This document shows, piece by piece, positions 49,891 to 62,299 of a stretch of DNA of 64,000 nt (position 1 is its first letter; the number at the start of each line of letters is the position of its first letter). This stretch comes from Mobula hypostoma. Lineage: Eukaryota. Below the pieces are notes generated by a model. It was not told where the DNA came from, did no database searches, and saw only the letters and a list, made by a program, of their open reading frames with translations. Position numbers and translations under genes: made by a program. Where the stretch lies: positions 10,108,001 through 10,172,000 of the forward strand of contig NC_086101.1 in NCBI RefSeq assembly GCF_963921235.1, in the 5' to 3' direction.

Positions 49891-50786
49891 TAAATAAACT
49901 CATCAAAAAGGCTGGATTTGTCCTTGGCTAGGACCCAGACCCTTATAAGTTAGTGGTGGAAAGGAGGCCACTCAACAAACTGTTAACCATTTTTGGATAA
50001 TCTGGCGCATCCTCTGCATGATCCACTGAATAAGCAGTGGAGTTCCCTTTCAGATAGGCTCATTCAGCTCCACTGTCAACAAGGATTGTTACAGAAAATC
50101 TTCCCACCAAATGCAATGAGCATATACAACGGTTCACCTCTGTGCAACTGGAGAACACACATCATCGTACAATATTGTCTGATTTATTATTTGTATATTA
50201 CTATTGCACATTGGTAAATTATTATTTTGTTCATTATTATTCTATATTTTATTATTAGTAAGTCTGCACACTGCTAAGTGTGTTTTTAAAAATTGCTGCT
50301 ATAATGAAAGAATTTCCCACTCAAGATCAATAAAGTATTTATTATTAGTAGTAGTACTATTAATAGTGTCAGAAAATGTATGGTCATGCACTTTGGTATA
50401 AGAAACGGAAAGGTTGACTATTTTCCAAATGGAGAGAAAATACTAAAAAAAATGGAGGCGCAAAGGGACTTGGGTGTCCTTCTGCAGGATTCCCTGAAGC
50501 TTAACTTGCAGGTTGACTCTGTGGTGAGAAGGTAAATGTAACGTTAGAATTCATTTCAAAGACTAGAATATGAAAGCAAGGATGTAATGTCGAGACTTTA
50601 TAAAAGCGAGGCCTCACTTGGAGCATTGTGAACAGTTTTGGGTCACTCATCTTAGAAAACTGGAGAGTGTCAAAGAAGGCTCATGAAAATGATTCCAAGA
50701 TTGAATGGCTTGTCACATGAAGTGCATCTCATGGTTCTGGGCCCTGTGTTCACCGGAATTTTTGACTAGTTGCTCTATCACGTCTT

Positions 50787-52470
50787 AGAACGAAGGACAC
50801 TCAAGGGTGGCAGGGAAGAGAAGTGTGCGCAGTCAAAATTACAACAGAGAAAGTACTCAGGAAGCCGAATAGGCTAAAGGTTGATAAATCTCCTGGACCA
50901 GTTGGAATGCACCCTCGTGTTCTGAAGGAGGTAGCTGTGGAGATTGCGGAGGCATTAGCGATGATCTTTCAAAATTCGATAGATTCTGGCATGGTTCCGG
51001 AGGACTGGAAGATTGCAAATGTCACTCCGCTATTTAAGAAGGGGGCAAGGAAGGAAAAAGGAAATTATAGACCTGTTAGCTTGACATCGGTGGTTGGGAA
51101 GTTGTTGGAGTCGATTGTCAAGGATGAGGTTACAGAGTACCTGGAGGCATATGACAAGATAGGCAGAACTCAGCATGGATTCCTTAAAGGAAAATCCTGC
51201 CTGACAAACCTATTACAATTTTTTGAGGAAATTACCAGTAGGCTAGACAAGGGAGATGCAGTGGATATTGTACATTTGGATTTTCAGAAGGCCTTTGACA
51301 AGGTGCCACACATGAGGCTACTTAACAAGATAAGAGCCCATGGAATTACGGGAAAGTTACATACGTGGATAGAGCATTGGCTGATTGGCAGGAAACAGAG
51401 AGTGGGAATAAAGGGATCCTATTCTGTTTGGCTGCCGGTTACCAGTGGTGTTCTGCAAGGATCAGTGTTGGGGCCGCTTCTTTTTACATTGTACATTAAC
51501 GATTTGGATTATGGAATAGATGGCTTTGTGGCTAAGTTTGCTGACGATACGAAGATAGGTGGAGGGGCCGGTAGTGCTGAGGAAATGGAGAGTCTGCAGA
51601 GAGACTTGGATAGATTGGAAGAATGGGCAGAGAAGTGGCAAATGAAGTACAATGTTGGAAAGTGTATGGTTATGCACTTTGGCAGAAAAAATAAACGGGC
51701 AGACTATTATTTAAATGGGGAAAGAATTCAAAGTTCTGAGATGCAACGGGACTTGGGAGTCCTCGTACAGGATACCCTTAAAGTTAACCTCCAGGTTGAG
51801 TCAGTAGTGAAGAAGGCGAATGCAATGTTGGCATTCATTTCTAGAGGAATAGAGTATAGGAGCAGGGATATGATGTTGAGGCTCTATAAGGTGCTGGTGA
51901 GACCTCACTTGGAGTACTGTGGGCAGTTTTGGTCTCCTTATTTAAGAAAAGATGCGCTGACGTTGGAGAGGGTACAGAGAAGATTCACTGGAATGATTCC
52001 GGGAATGAGAGGGTTAACATATGAGGAACGTTTGTCCGCTCTTGGACTGTATTCCTTGGAGTTCAGAAGAATCAGGGGAGACCTCATAGAAACATTTCAT
52101 ATGTTAAAAGGCATGGACAGAGTGGATGTGGCAAAGTTCTTTCCACAGATGGGGGAGTCCAGTATGAGAGGGCATGACTTAAGGATTGAAGGGCGCCCTT
52201 TCAGAACAGAAATGCAAAGAAATATTTTTAGTCAGAGGGTGGTGAATCTGTGGAATTTGTTGCCACAGGCAGCAGTGGAGGCCAAGTCATTGGGTGTATT
52301 TAAGGCAGAGATTGATAGGTATCTGAGTAGCCAGGGCATCAAAGGTTATGGTGAGAAGGCAGGGGAGTGGAACTAAATAGGAGAAAATGGATCAGCTCAT
52401 GATAAAATGGCGGAGCAGACTCGATGGGCCGAATGGCCTACTTCTGCTCCTTTGTCTTATGGTCTTATGG
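50787..52470 (+). mobile_element. Copy-2-specific young CR1
   Basis: Absent at about 32150 in copy 1; (TCTTATGG)n tail. Confidence 0.9.
50823..52376 (+). CDS. CR1 ORF2 RT region, uninterrupted 517 codons (5'-truncated)
   Basis: NYRPVSLTS, LDFQKAFDKVPH, QGSVLGP, FADDTK. Confidence 0.9.
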   Translation: MCAVKITTEKVLRKPNRLKVDKSPGPVGMHPRVLKEVAVEIAEALAMIFQNSIDSGMVPEDWKIANVTPLFKKGARKEKGNYRPVSLTSVVGKLLESIVKDEVTEYLEAYDKIGRTQHGFLKGKSCLTNLLQFFEEITSRLDKGDAVDIVHLDFQKAFDKVPHMRLLNKIRAHGITGKLHTWIEHWLIGRKQRVGIKGSYSVWLPVTSGVLQGSVLGPLLFTLYINDLDYGIDGFVAKFADDTKIGGGAGSAEEMESLQRDLDRLEEWAEKWQMKYNVGKCMVMHFGRKNKRADYYLNGERIQSSEMQRDLGVLVQDTLKVNLQVESVVKKANAMLAFISRGIEYRSRDMMLRLYKVLVRPHLEYCGQFWSPYLRKDALTLERVQRRFTGMIPGMRGLTYEERLSALGLYSLEFRRIRGDLIETFHMLKGMDRVDVAKFFPQMGESSMRGHDLRIEGRPFRTEMQRNIFSQRVVNLWNLLPQAAVEAKSLGVFKAEIDRYLSSQGIKGYGEKAGEWN

Positions 52471-54179
52471 AATACTTCAATGTGGTGGTTTGAAAACGGT
52501 GAAGCTCGCAACCCCAGCAAGGGGCAGCGCTGAGTCACAGAGTCTGCTGTCACTGAGAGGTCAGACAGGGTGAGTGTGGCCGGAAGGACTGGTGTATTTT
52601 TCTGAAAATCCCCGTCACCATAGTGATGCCAGCTTTTATCTCCTTTCATGCCATTAATTGCAGAACTACTGTATTAGGATTCAAACTCATGCAATGGAAC
52701 GTTTGTCCAGTGCCAATGGAATGGATGAAGTGGTTCACTTAACAGACATAAAAATTCACCAGGAACCCACATTTCTCTGTAGTATTTCACCTCAGAATCA
52801 GAATCAGGTTTATTATCACCGGCATGTGTCGTGATATTTGTTAACTTAGCAGCAGCAGTTCAATGCAATACATAATATAGAAGAGAGAAAAAAATAATAA
52901 ATATCAATTACAGTATACATATACTTAATCAATTAAAATTGTGCAAAGACAGAAATAATATATATTTAAAAAGTGAGGTCGTGTTCAGGGGTTGAATGTC
53001 CATTTAGGAATCGGATGGCAGAGGGGAAGAAGCTGTCCCTGAATCACTGAGTGTGTGCCTTCAGGCTTCTGTATCTCCTACCTGATGGTAACAGTGAGAA
53101 AAGGGCATGTCCTGGGTGCTGGACGTCCTTAATATGGATGCTGCCATTCCGAGACAACACTTCTTGAAGATGTCCTGGATACTTTGTAGGCTGGTACCCA
53201 AAATGGAACCGACTAAATTTACAACCCTCTGCAGCTTCTTCTGGTCCTGTGCATTAGCACCCCCCGCCCCATACCAGACAGTGATGCATCCTGTCAGATG
53301 CTCTTTACGGTACATCAATAAAAGATTCTGAGTGTATTTGTTGACATACCAAATCTCTTCACTCCTAATGAAGTATAGTCTTGCCTTCTTTATAATGCAT
53401 CAATATGTTGGGGCGAAGTTAGGTCCTCAGAGATCTTGATATCCATGAACTTGAAGCTGCTCACTCTCTCCACTTCTGATCCCTCTATGAGGATTGGTAT
53501 GTGTTCCTTCATCTTACCCTTCCTGAAGTCCACAATCAGCTCCTTCGTCTTACTGACGTTGAGTGCCAGGGTGTTGCTGCAGCACCACTCCACCAGTTGG
53601 CATATCTCACTCCTGTACGCCCTCTCATCACCAACTGAGATTCTAGCAACGATGGTTGTATCATCAGTAAATATATGGTATTTGAGTAATGCCTGACCAC
53701 ACGGTTAGCTTAGAGAGAGTACAGCAGTAGGCTAACACATCCCTGACGTGCACCAGCACTGATTGTCAGCGAGGAAACCAGTCTGCACAGATTGTGGTCT
53801 TCCAGTTAGGATGTTGAGGTTATTTTCATGTGCTCTATCTCTATCTGACAGACAACCATCTCCCAATGATCTCTGTAATTTACTGTTTTCATTTCCGACC
53901 GTTTTCCTGCTGTGACTCTCAATATCTGATGATAAACTCTCCTGCCGCAGTCTGCAATCCAACCTCCGCCTGTTTACCTTTGATCCAGTGAGCTTCACCT
54001 TGCTGACTAAACACATCCACAGTCTAATCACTGCACTGACTGTCATATCATCACCTCTCAGTGACCTTCTCCCTTGACCTAATTTTACTATAATTTCCCA
54101 AAATATAAACACCCAGTTTTCAACATATTACAAACTTTCCCAATTCTGTTTTGACTCCCAGAGATTCCTTCCTCAGATA

Positions 54180-54490
54180 TCACTGCTTGACATTGTGTGG
54201 TGTGATTGTTACTTGCCACCTATCAGCCCAGGCCTGGATATTGTCCAGGTCTTGCTGCATTTGTGTTGTGGGCTGCTTCATTATCTGAGGAGTGGTAGAT
54301 GGTGCTGAACATTGTGTCGTTATCAGTGACCGTCCCGACCTCTGACCTTACGATGGACAGAAGGTCGTTGATGAAGCAGCTGGGGGTGTTTGGGCCGAGG
54401 ACTCTGTCCTGGGGAGTTCCTGCAGAGATGTCCTGTGGCTGAGATGATCGGCTCCAAACACCACAGCCATCTTCTTTGTGCTGGGATGAC
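54180..54490 (-). mobile_element. Old CR1/L2-group RT fragment (paralogue about 33085-33380)
   Basis: DISAGTPQDRVLGP...CFINDL. Confidence 0.6.
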
Positions 54491-57256
54491 ACAAAGATTC
54501 CCACTGATTGCCCCATTATTCCTTCACTTGCACACATTGTTTTATCATTCATAGTGATGTTATGTCTTTCGTGTCTTGCCTCAATATTGAATGCACATCA
54601 TTAAGATGAAATACTGACAAGGACAGTTTTCCTTTTTACATACCTGTTGTCATCTTCTTCCAAAATTATGTGTCTGGGCTGAAGGTTGTAAGAGATAAGA
54701 GGGTGTAGCAGGTCCCACCAAGGCATGGAAAAATACTGCGCTGAAAATTATGTTATGATGTGAAGGAATTTTAAATGATATTAAAAGGGTACATCCTTTG
54801 TGGAGTTTTGTGTGAGGCTAGGTCACGGGTTAGATCAAGGGACAGGCGGCTCTCGCAATGCCGCCTATCGCAAACTGTATCGGTCTCTGCTTTTCCTTTG
54901 AATTCATCATTAGCAGCGTGGAAAGAGGGAGCCTACTGCACAGGCAACAGCTTGCGTACCATATCATACTGGCATGTGAAAGATAGGATGCACATTCCAT
55001 GGTCCACCTCGACCAGCAGAGCGTCTCTCTTATTGTAACATAGTTTTTTTTAAATCTTGCACTATACTGCTGTCACTAAAACATTTTGCAACCTAACAAT
55101 GATAATAAAGCTGATTGTGATTCTCATTCTCACTTCCTTTCTTGCCTTGACAATATCCTTTCAAAACACAGGTTCAACAGGTGACAGGGACATTCCCACA
55201 CCTCTCCAACTCCCTCTTATCCCTCAACTTCGACAAAAGGTGTCAACATTTCTTTGGGGCATTGGGATGTGCAACAAATACTGGCCCCATGATGCTGTAA
55301 GACCACAAGATATAGGAACAAAATTAGATTATTTGGCCCAGCAAGTCTGCTGATTTATTAACCCTCTCAACCTCATTCTCCTGCCTTCTCCCAGTAACCT
55401 TTGAAACCCTGACTATTCAAGAACCTACCAACCTCTGCTTTAAATATACTCAGTGACTTGCCTTCCATAGCCATCTACGGCAATGAATTTCTCAGATTCA
55501 CTACCCTCTGGCTGAACAAATTCCTTCTCATCTATGATTTAAATTGATGCCCCTCTATCCTGACGCTGTGCCTTTTTGGGCCTAGACTCACTTACTGTAA
55601 GAAATACCGCCAGTCTGGTTCATCGGCAAGACCAATACCTGTGGGCCAGGCCCACATGTCGCGGTACTGGCTGTGACAACTACCCAGGACGGGACGCCGG
55701 AGGCAGTGTAGGAAACAGCAGGGGCGCGTTGGGTGGGGAGATGACCCCTCCCATTGGCTCTGCTCTCCGCTCGGTGCAAAACCAGCTGATCTGCATTCGT
55801 CTGATGAACCAGTGTGGAATGAGGAACTGCTGAGTACTTGTTTTGGAGACACATGGCTCAAACAATCCCGTGCACCAACAATCTACAGGCCTTGCTGCTC
55901 ACAGACCTGGGGTGTATTATTTGTTGTGACCGTATGTTTTCCTGCTAGTGTATCGGCATGTGCATTGTGCTGAGTGTGACTGTATGTACTGTTTTACACC
56001 TTGGCCCCTGAGAATGCCATTTTGATCGGCTGTATTGTTGTGGAAGGCTGAATGACAATGAAAGGCACTTGAAACTGCTCACTCTTTCCACTGCGGAACC
56101 CTCGGTGATGACCTGGTGTGTGATCCTCTTAGTCCCGGATGGGGAGGGTGGGGTGATGATGTGAGAAACTCGGATTTGACGGGCAGAAGAGTCTGAGGAA
56201 GAAGGACTCTGATAGGAGAGGACAGTGGACCATGGAAGAAAGGGAAGGAAGTGGAAACCAGTGAGACAAGCAGGTCAGTCACTGGGAGAAGGCCAGCAGA
56301 ATACTGGAAATAAAAAAGAAAAACGGAAAGTTGCCTCACAGGTAGATAGGGTAGTTGAGAAAGCTTATGGGGTGTTAGCTTTCATAAGTCGAGGGACAGA
56401 TTTTAAGAGTCGCGATGTAATGATGCAGCTCTATAAAACTCTGGTTAGGCCACAATTGGAGTACTGTGTCCAGTTCTGGTCACCTCACTATAGGAAGGAT
56501 GTGGAAGCATTGGAAACGGTACAGAGGAAATTTACCAGGATGCTGCCTGGTTTAGAGAGTATGCATTATGATCAGAGATTAAGGGAGCTAGGGCTTTACT
56601 CTTTGGAGAGAAGGAGAATGAGAGGAGACATGATAGAGGTGTACAAGATAATAGAGGAAAAGATAGAGTGGACAGCCAGCACCTCTTCCCCAGGGCACCA
56701 CTGCTCAATACAAGCGGACGTGGCTTTAAGGTGAGGGGTGGGAAGTTCAAGGGGGATATTAGAGGAAGGTTTTTTACTCAGAGAGTGGTTGGTGCGTGGA
56801 ATGCACTGCCTGAGTCAGTGGTGGAGGCAGATACACTGGTGAAGTTTAAGAGACTACTAGACAGGTATGTGGAGGAATTTAAGGTGGGAGCTTATATGGG
56901 AGGCAGGGTTTGAGGGTCAGCACAACATTGTGGGCCGAAGCGCCCGTACTGTGCTGTACAATTCTATGTTTCAAAGGGAGCGAAACAATGTGGGCCGTGA
57001 ACTTGTACTGGTAGTGTGCTGTTCTGTGACCTAAAGAGATTCTGCCGTTTACCTGTGCTCTGTTCCCAGTCCTGAGGGTCTTGACACGAAACATCGACTG
57101 TTTATTCCTTTCCTGAGATTCTGCCTGACCTCCAGCACTTTGTGTGTTACTCTGGATCTGCATCTGCAGAATCTCTTTGGTTTTGTTTCAATTCTAACTA
57201 ATCTGAAGAGGAAAAAATAACATCTTCAGTTTAACTATTATGAAACAAAGTCTGCG

Positions 57257-57724
57257 TCTGTGGGCCCAGCTCTTTCCCAATCGCTAGGATGCTTTCACTT
57301 TCCCCGACACGCCTCGGTCACGGTCGGTGGAGAAGCGGCCGCTCCCGGAGCTGATCGGGTGAGTGGGGCTGGGGAGGCGCCTGGACAAAGAGGGTCACTT
57401 TCAAATTTCCCACCGGGGCTCAGTGAAAGGGCCTCCCTCCGACGGCGGCTCTGGCCCAGACTTCGCTTCGTTCCCAGAGTGGGGAGCTGCCGGCGTAACG
57501 GAGGCGGAAGTCGGGCGCTCCTCCGGCCTGTGCCTTCGCTGCGCAGAGTTTCAGTCGGGGGTGGCAGGATTTTTGTTGAGAAGCCGCGGTGGGGTATGGA
57601 GTTTCCCGTTCGCGGTGCTGATCCACTCGGTGACTGGGTGGAGCGGGCAGAAGGGCCTGTGACCTGTGAGGTGGTTTAGAGTTGAGAAGTTGTGGGGGGG
57701 GGGGGAGATTGCACAGCCGCAGAT
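57257..57724. promoter_or_regulatory. Same CpG promoter-like block, copy 2
   Basis: IRF site 57291-57303, donor 57359, NF-kB site 57598-57607; only a few differences from copy 1. Confidence 0.55.
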
Positions 57725-58381
57725 GACATCTCTGTCTGGCTCCGGGGACAGATTGTCTTCAAATCCACGGACTCTCACAGCCTGCTGGACCAAACCTCCT
57801 CCCACCCTATTGTAAACATGCCATCCCCTTCCCTCAATTCCTCTGTCTCTGCGGTATCTGCTCTCAGGATGGCCATTACAGAGACTTGGCTGGCGCCAGG
57901 GCGGGAATAGATTCTCAATATTCCTGGATTTCAGTGCTTTAAAAGGGATAGTGGGGGGAGGGGAGGAGGGGTGGCATTACTGGTCAGGGATACTATTACA
58001 TCTACAGAAATGGTGGGTAATGTAGCAGGATCCTCTTTTGAGTCAGAATGGGTGGAAGTCAGGAACAGGAAGGGAGCAGTTACTCTACTGGGGGTATTCT
58101 ATAGGCCCCCGGGTAGCAGCAGAGATACCAAGGAGCGGATTGGGAGGCAGATTTTGGAAAGGTGCAAAAATAACAGGGTTGTTATCATGGGTGACTTTAA
58201 CTTCCCTGATATTGATTGGTACCTGATTAGTTCCAATGGTTTAGACAGGGCAGAGTTTGTTAAGTGTGTCCAGGACGGATTCCTGTCACAGTATGTTGAC
58301 ATGCCGACTAGGGAGAATGCCATACTAGATCTAGTATTAGGTAACGGACTGGGTCAGGTCACAGATCTCTCAGTGGGTGAG

Positions 58382-58536
58382 TGTCACGAACCTCGTGATG
58401 GGAATAAGAACCAGCAGAAATAGAAAGCACTTTGGAGTCCAGTATTGCTAATAACTAATAATATTTATTAGTAACTACACAATACAGTGATATAAATGTA
58501 GATAAATCAAACAGGTTAGAAATGATTATATATGTG

Positions 58537-58578
<42 letters not shown>

Positions 58579-61500
58579 AGTAAATCAGTAAGTGTGGAAA
58601 TATATGTAATAAACACCAAGCTTGTTTAAGTCTAGGGGTAAAAAGATACAGTCTTACGATGATGAGTAAAGTTCAGTTCAGTTCGTGGTATTTAGTTGAG
58701 TAGTGATGGAGAGAGAGGGAGAGATTTGAGTCTTCAGGTCGGCTGATGCCGTCGATCTTCTTGTTGTTCTTCAAACTCCTTTAAACGTCACCGACTGTGA
58801 CTGTAACCGGGGGACTGGTTTTCTGTGGTGGAGCTATCCCCCAGGCGAGGGTGGACACATGGACAACTCCCCACCAGTCAACCCCTTTTCCTTCCTTCCA
58901 CTGCAAGAGCGATGGATCGATCCACCTGATCAATCCTCCAAACCTCACCTTATCCTGCAAGCACAACGATGCTCATTCAGTTTCCAGAACATGTGTCTGA
59001 GGTCTGTATCATCTGACCTCCTATTTTATCTTCCCATGCTGAACATCAACTGTCATTCAAGTAATCCCTCCTTCCTCTCTCTGTGAAGAAATGCAAGCAG
59101 GCAAAAATCCTTGAAGAAAGTGTCAACAACCTGCCGAAAATCATAACATCGAGTGTCCATTTAATAACGCCCTCGGTCACCATAGCAACTTACGAGCTGC
59201 TCGGTGCTATCTCCACTTCAGCAGAAATCCAACAGTTAACCAGTTCTTTCTCGTTCCTTAAAGTGACAGTCCAACCGTTAGTCTTCGTCTCGCTCTCTCT
59301 CTCTCTCTTTTACAAACAAGCTGGTGTTAAATAGCTCTCTCTCTTTTCAAAAGCACAGTTAATAGGGGTATTTCAGGGTCCCGTCACACTTCCCTTCCTC
59401 AGAGAAAAAAAAATTGACGAAGATGATTTTTTTTGTCTAAATGTACATTACAGAGTTTGAAACAATACAGGTAAATCATCAGATGACAGAGCAAAAATGT
59501 GTACAATTTCCAACTTAATATCTGGATGACTAATCAGCTATAACATTGTCAGTACCTTTCTCATGTTTGATTTTTAAGTCACATTCCTGCAATATCAGAC
59601 TCTAATTCAACAACCTTCTATTCTTATCCTTCATCTTAGTTAGAAACGTCAACAGATTATAACCCATGTAAACCACAAGTGGTCTCTGGGCAACAGAAAG
59701 ATTTTGAGGTCTCTTTTTCTTTTAACATAGGCCTCAAAATGTTGTAAGGCCAGAATAAGTGCTAGTAATTCCTTTTCAAGAGTTGAATAATTTTTCTGGT
59801 GTACACTAAAGTTCTTTGAGAAATAAGCTACTGGATGTTCAATGTTATTCACTCCCTTCTGTAACAATACTGCACCAGCAGTTTCATCACTAGCGTCTGT
59901 TGCTATAGAAAATGGCTTGGAAAAATCAGGTGCTTTGAGCAAAGGATGATAACCCAGTATGGTTTTTAGACGTTCAAACGCATCCTGGCAAGGTCATTCC
60001 ATATAAATCTTTCACTCTTCCCTAGGAGTTTTGTTAGGGGGAGAGCGATGTCAGCAAATTTCTTACATAACTTACGATGATATCCAACCATTCCTAAAAA
60101 CCTTCTTAAAGCTTCCTTGCTGCTCAGAACAGGAACTTCAGCAATGGCTTGAACCTTGGCCTGTACCGGAGCCAGCTGGCCTTGTCCCACCACATAACCC
60201 AGATACGTGACTGTGGCACGGCCAAACTCACTTTTGGCGAGGTTCACAGTAAGATTGGCCTTGGAAAGTCTGTCAAACCATTTTTCTACAGCTGCAATAT
60301 GCTCTTCCTACGTGTCATTCCAGACCACTAAATCATTGATATGAACTCCTGCTTTCTAACCCTCCAATCACAGAATTGATCATTCTTTGAAATGTCCCTG
60401 GAGCATTTTTCATCCTGAAGGGTAAGATATTGTATTCATACAGTCTAGACGGTGTCACAAATGCTGATATCTCTTTAGCCCTCTCTGTTAAAGGAACACC
60501 CCGGTATCCTTTTAACAAGTCAAACAAAATAAGCTATTTAGCCTTCCCCATTCTATCAAGGTCACCCCGAACCTCACAGCTATTCTCTGGCAAACTCTTT
60601 TTCTGGAGTAAACTCAACCTCATGGGTTAAAACTTCTTTGTCTGCTTTCTTATCAAACCCCTGCAGGGTAGCGGCATCCTCTGCATCTGGGTATGCCCTT
60701 ACATCACCAAGAACACACCTTTTAAATTCATCACACAAAACAAGCCCTTCCGAGCCGTAAAAATCATTAGGGTCCTACTCTAAACCACTTTGCTGCAACC
60801 TCTCCCTGTTAAACTGTCTCTGCCTTTCTGCCACGTGATCTTCACGTTGCCATTTCTCCCTCTCGAGCTGTCTCTGTCTTTCTGCCTCTTCTCTCTGTTT
60901 TGCTGCCTCTCCAGCCTCTCTCTTGAACTGTTTTACTTTCAATTGCTCCATCTTTAATTTTTCCAACAGAAGCTGAAGCTCATCCTCAATAGGTTTACCT
61001 TCCACAAAAATTTTCAACACATCCTCAGTACACTGCTTCGTCGAAATATAATATTCAACTACTTTTCTTTGAACTTCTACCTTAGTCACACCTTTCTTTA
61101 CCTCACTTCTCAATTCTTTAGCAATGTCCCGCACATCATCCTTTTTAGTTAACTTCAAATTCACCGGATCTGGTGATTTCAGAAAGTCCCTAACATCCAT
61201 TTCTGCTGTTTTTCCACACAACCAAATCAAAAGGGATTTTCCCCAATCAATTCAAACCAGACTCCAGACCAATTTGTTCATATTGCGGACGCAGGCCCCT
61301 ATTTATGTCACGAACCCCGTGACGGGAATAAAGAACCAGCGGAAATAGAAAACACTTTGGAGTCCAGTATTGCTATTAACTAATAATATTTATTAGTAAC
61401 TACGCAATAGAGTAATGTAAATGTAGATAAGTCAAACAGGTTAGCAATGATTATATATATAAGTAAGTAAATCAGTAAGTGTGGAAATATATGTATGAAA

Positions 61501-62183
61501 ACCAAGCTTCTTTATGTCTGGGGTAAAAAGATACAGTCTTACGATGATGAGTAAAGTTCAGTTCAGTTCAGTTCGTGGTATTTAGTTGAGTAGTGATGGA
61601 GAGAGAGAGAGAGAAAGGTTTTAGTCTTCAAGTGAGCGGACGCCGTCAATCTTCTCGTTGTCCTTTGAAATCCTTTAAAAGTCACCGACTGTGACTTTAA
61701 CAAAGGGGACTGGTTTTATGTGGTGGAGCTATCCCCCAGGCGAGGGTGGACACATGGACAACTCCCCACCAGTCAACCCCTTTTCCTTCTTTCCACTGCA
61801 AGAGCAATGGATCGATCCGCCTGATCAATCCTCCAAACCCCACCTTTTCCTGCAAGCACAACGATGCTCATTCAGTGTCCAGAACATGTGCCTGAGGTCT
61901 GTACCATCTGACCTCCTATTTTATCTTCCCGACTGTGCATCAACTGTCATTCAAATAATAAACCCTCCTTCCTCTCTCTGTGAAGAAATGCAAGCAGGCA
62001 AAAATCTTTGAAGAAAGTGTCAACAACCTGCCGAAAATCATAACATCGAGTGTCCATTTAATAACACCCTCGGTCACCATAGCAACTTATGAGCTGCTCG
62101 GTGCTATTTCCACTTAAGCAGAAATCCAACAGTTAACCAGTTCTTTCTCGTTCCTTAAAGTGACAGTCCAACCGTTAGTCTTC

Positions 62184-62226
<43 letters not shown>

Positions 62227-62299
62227 ACAAGCTGGTGTTAAATAGCTCTCTCTCTTTTCAAAAGCACAGTTAATTGGGGTAATTCAGGGTCCCGTCACA
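58382..62299 (-). mobile_element. Internally deleted Gypsy (Gmr1-like) LTR retrotransposon
   Basis: LTRs 58382-59388 and 61306-62299 (TG..CA); TSD GTGAG at 58377-58381 and 62300-62304; PPT 59389-59399; gag, RT (PFRMKNAPGTFQR) and RNase H (TDASD) remnants. Confidence 0.95.
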
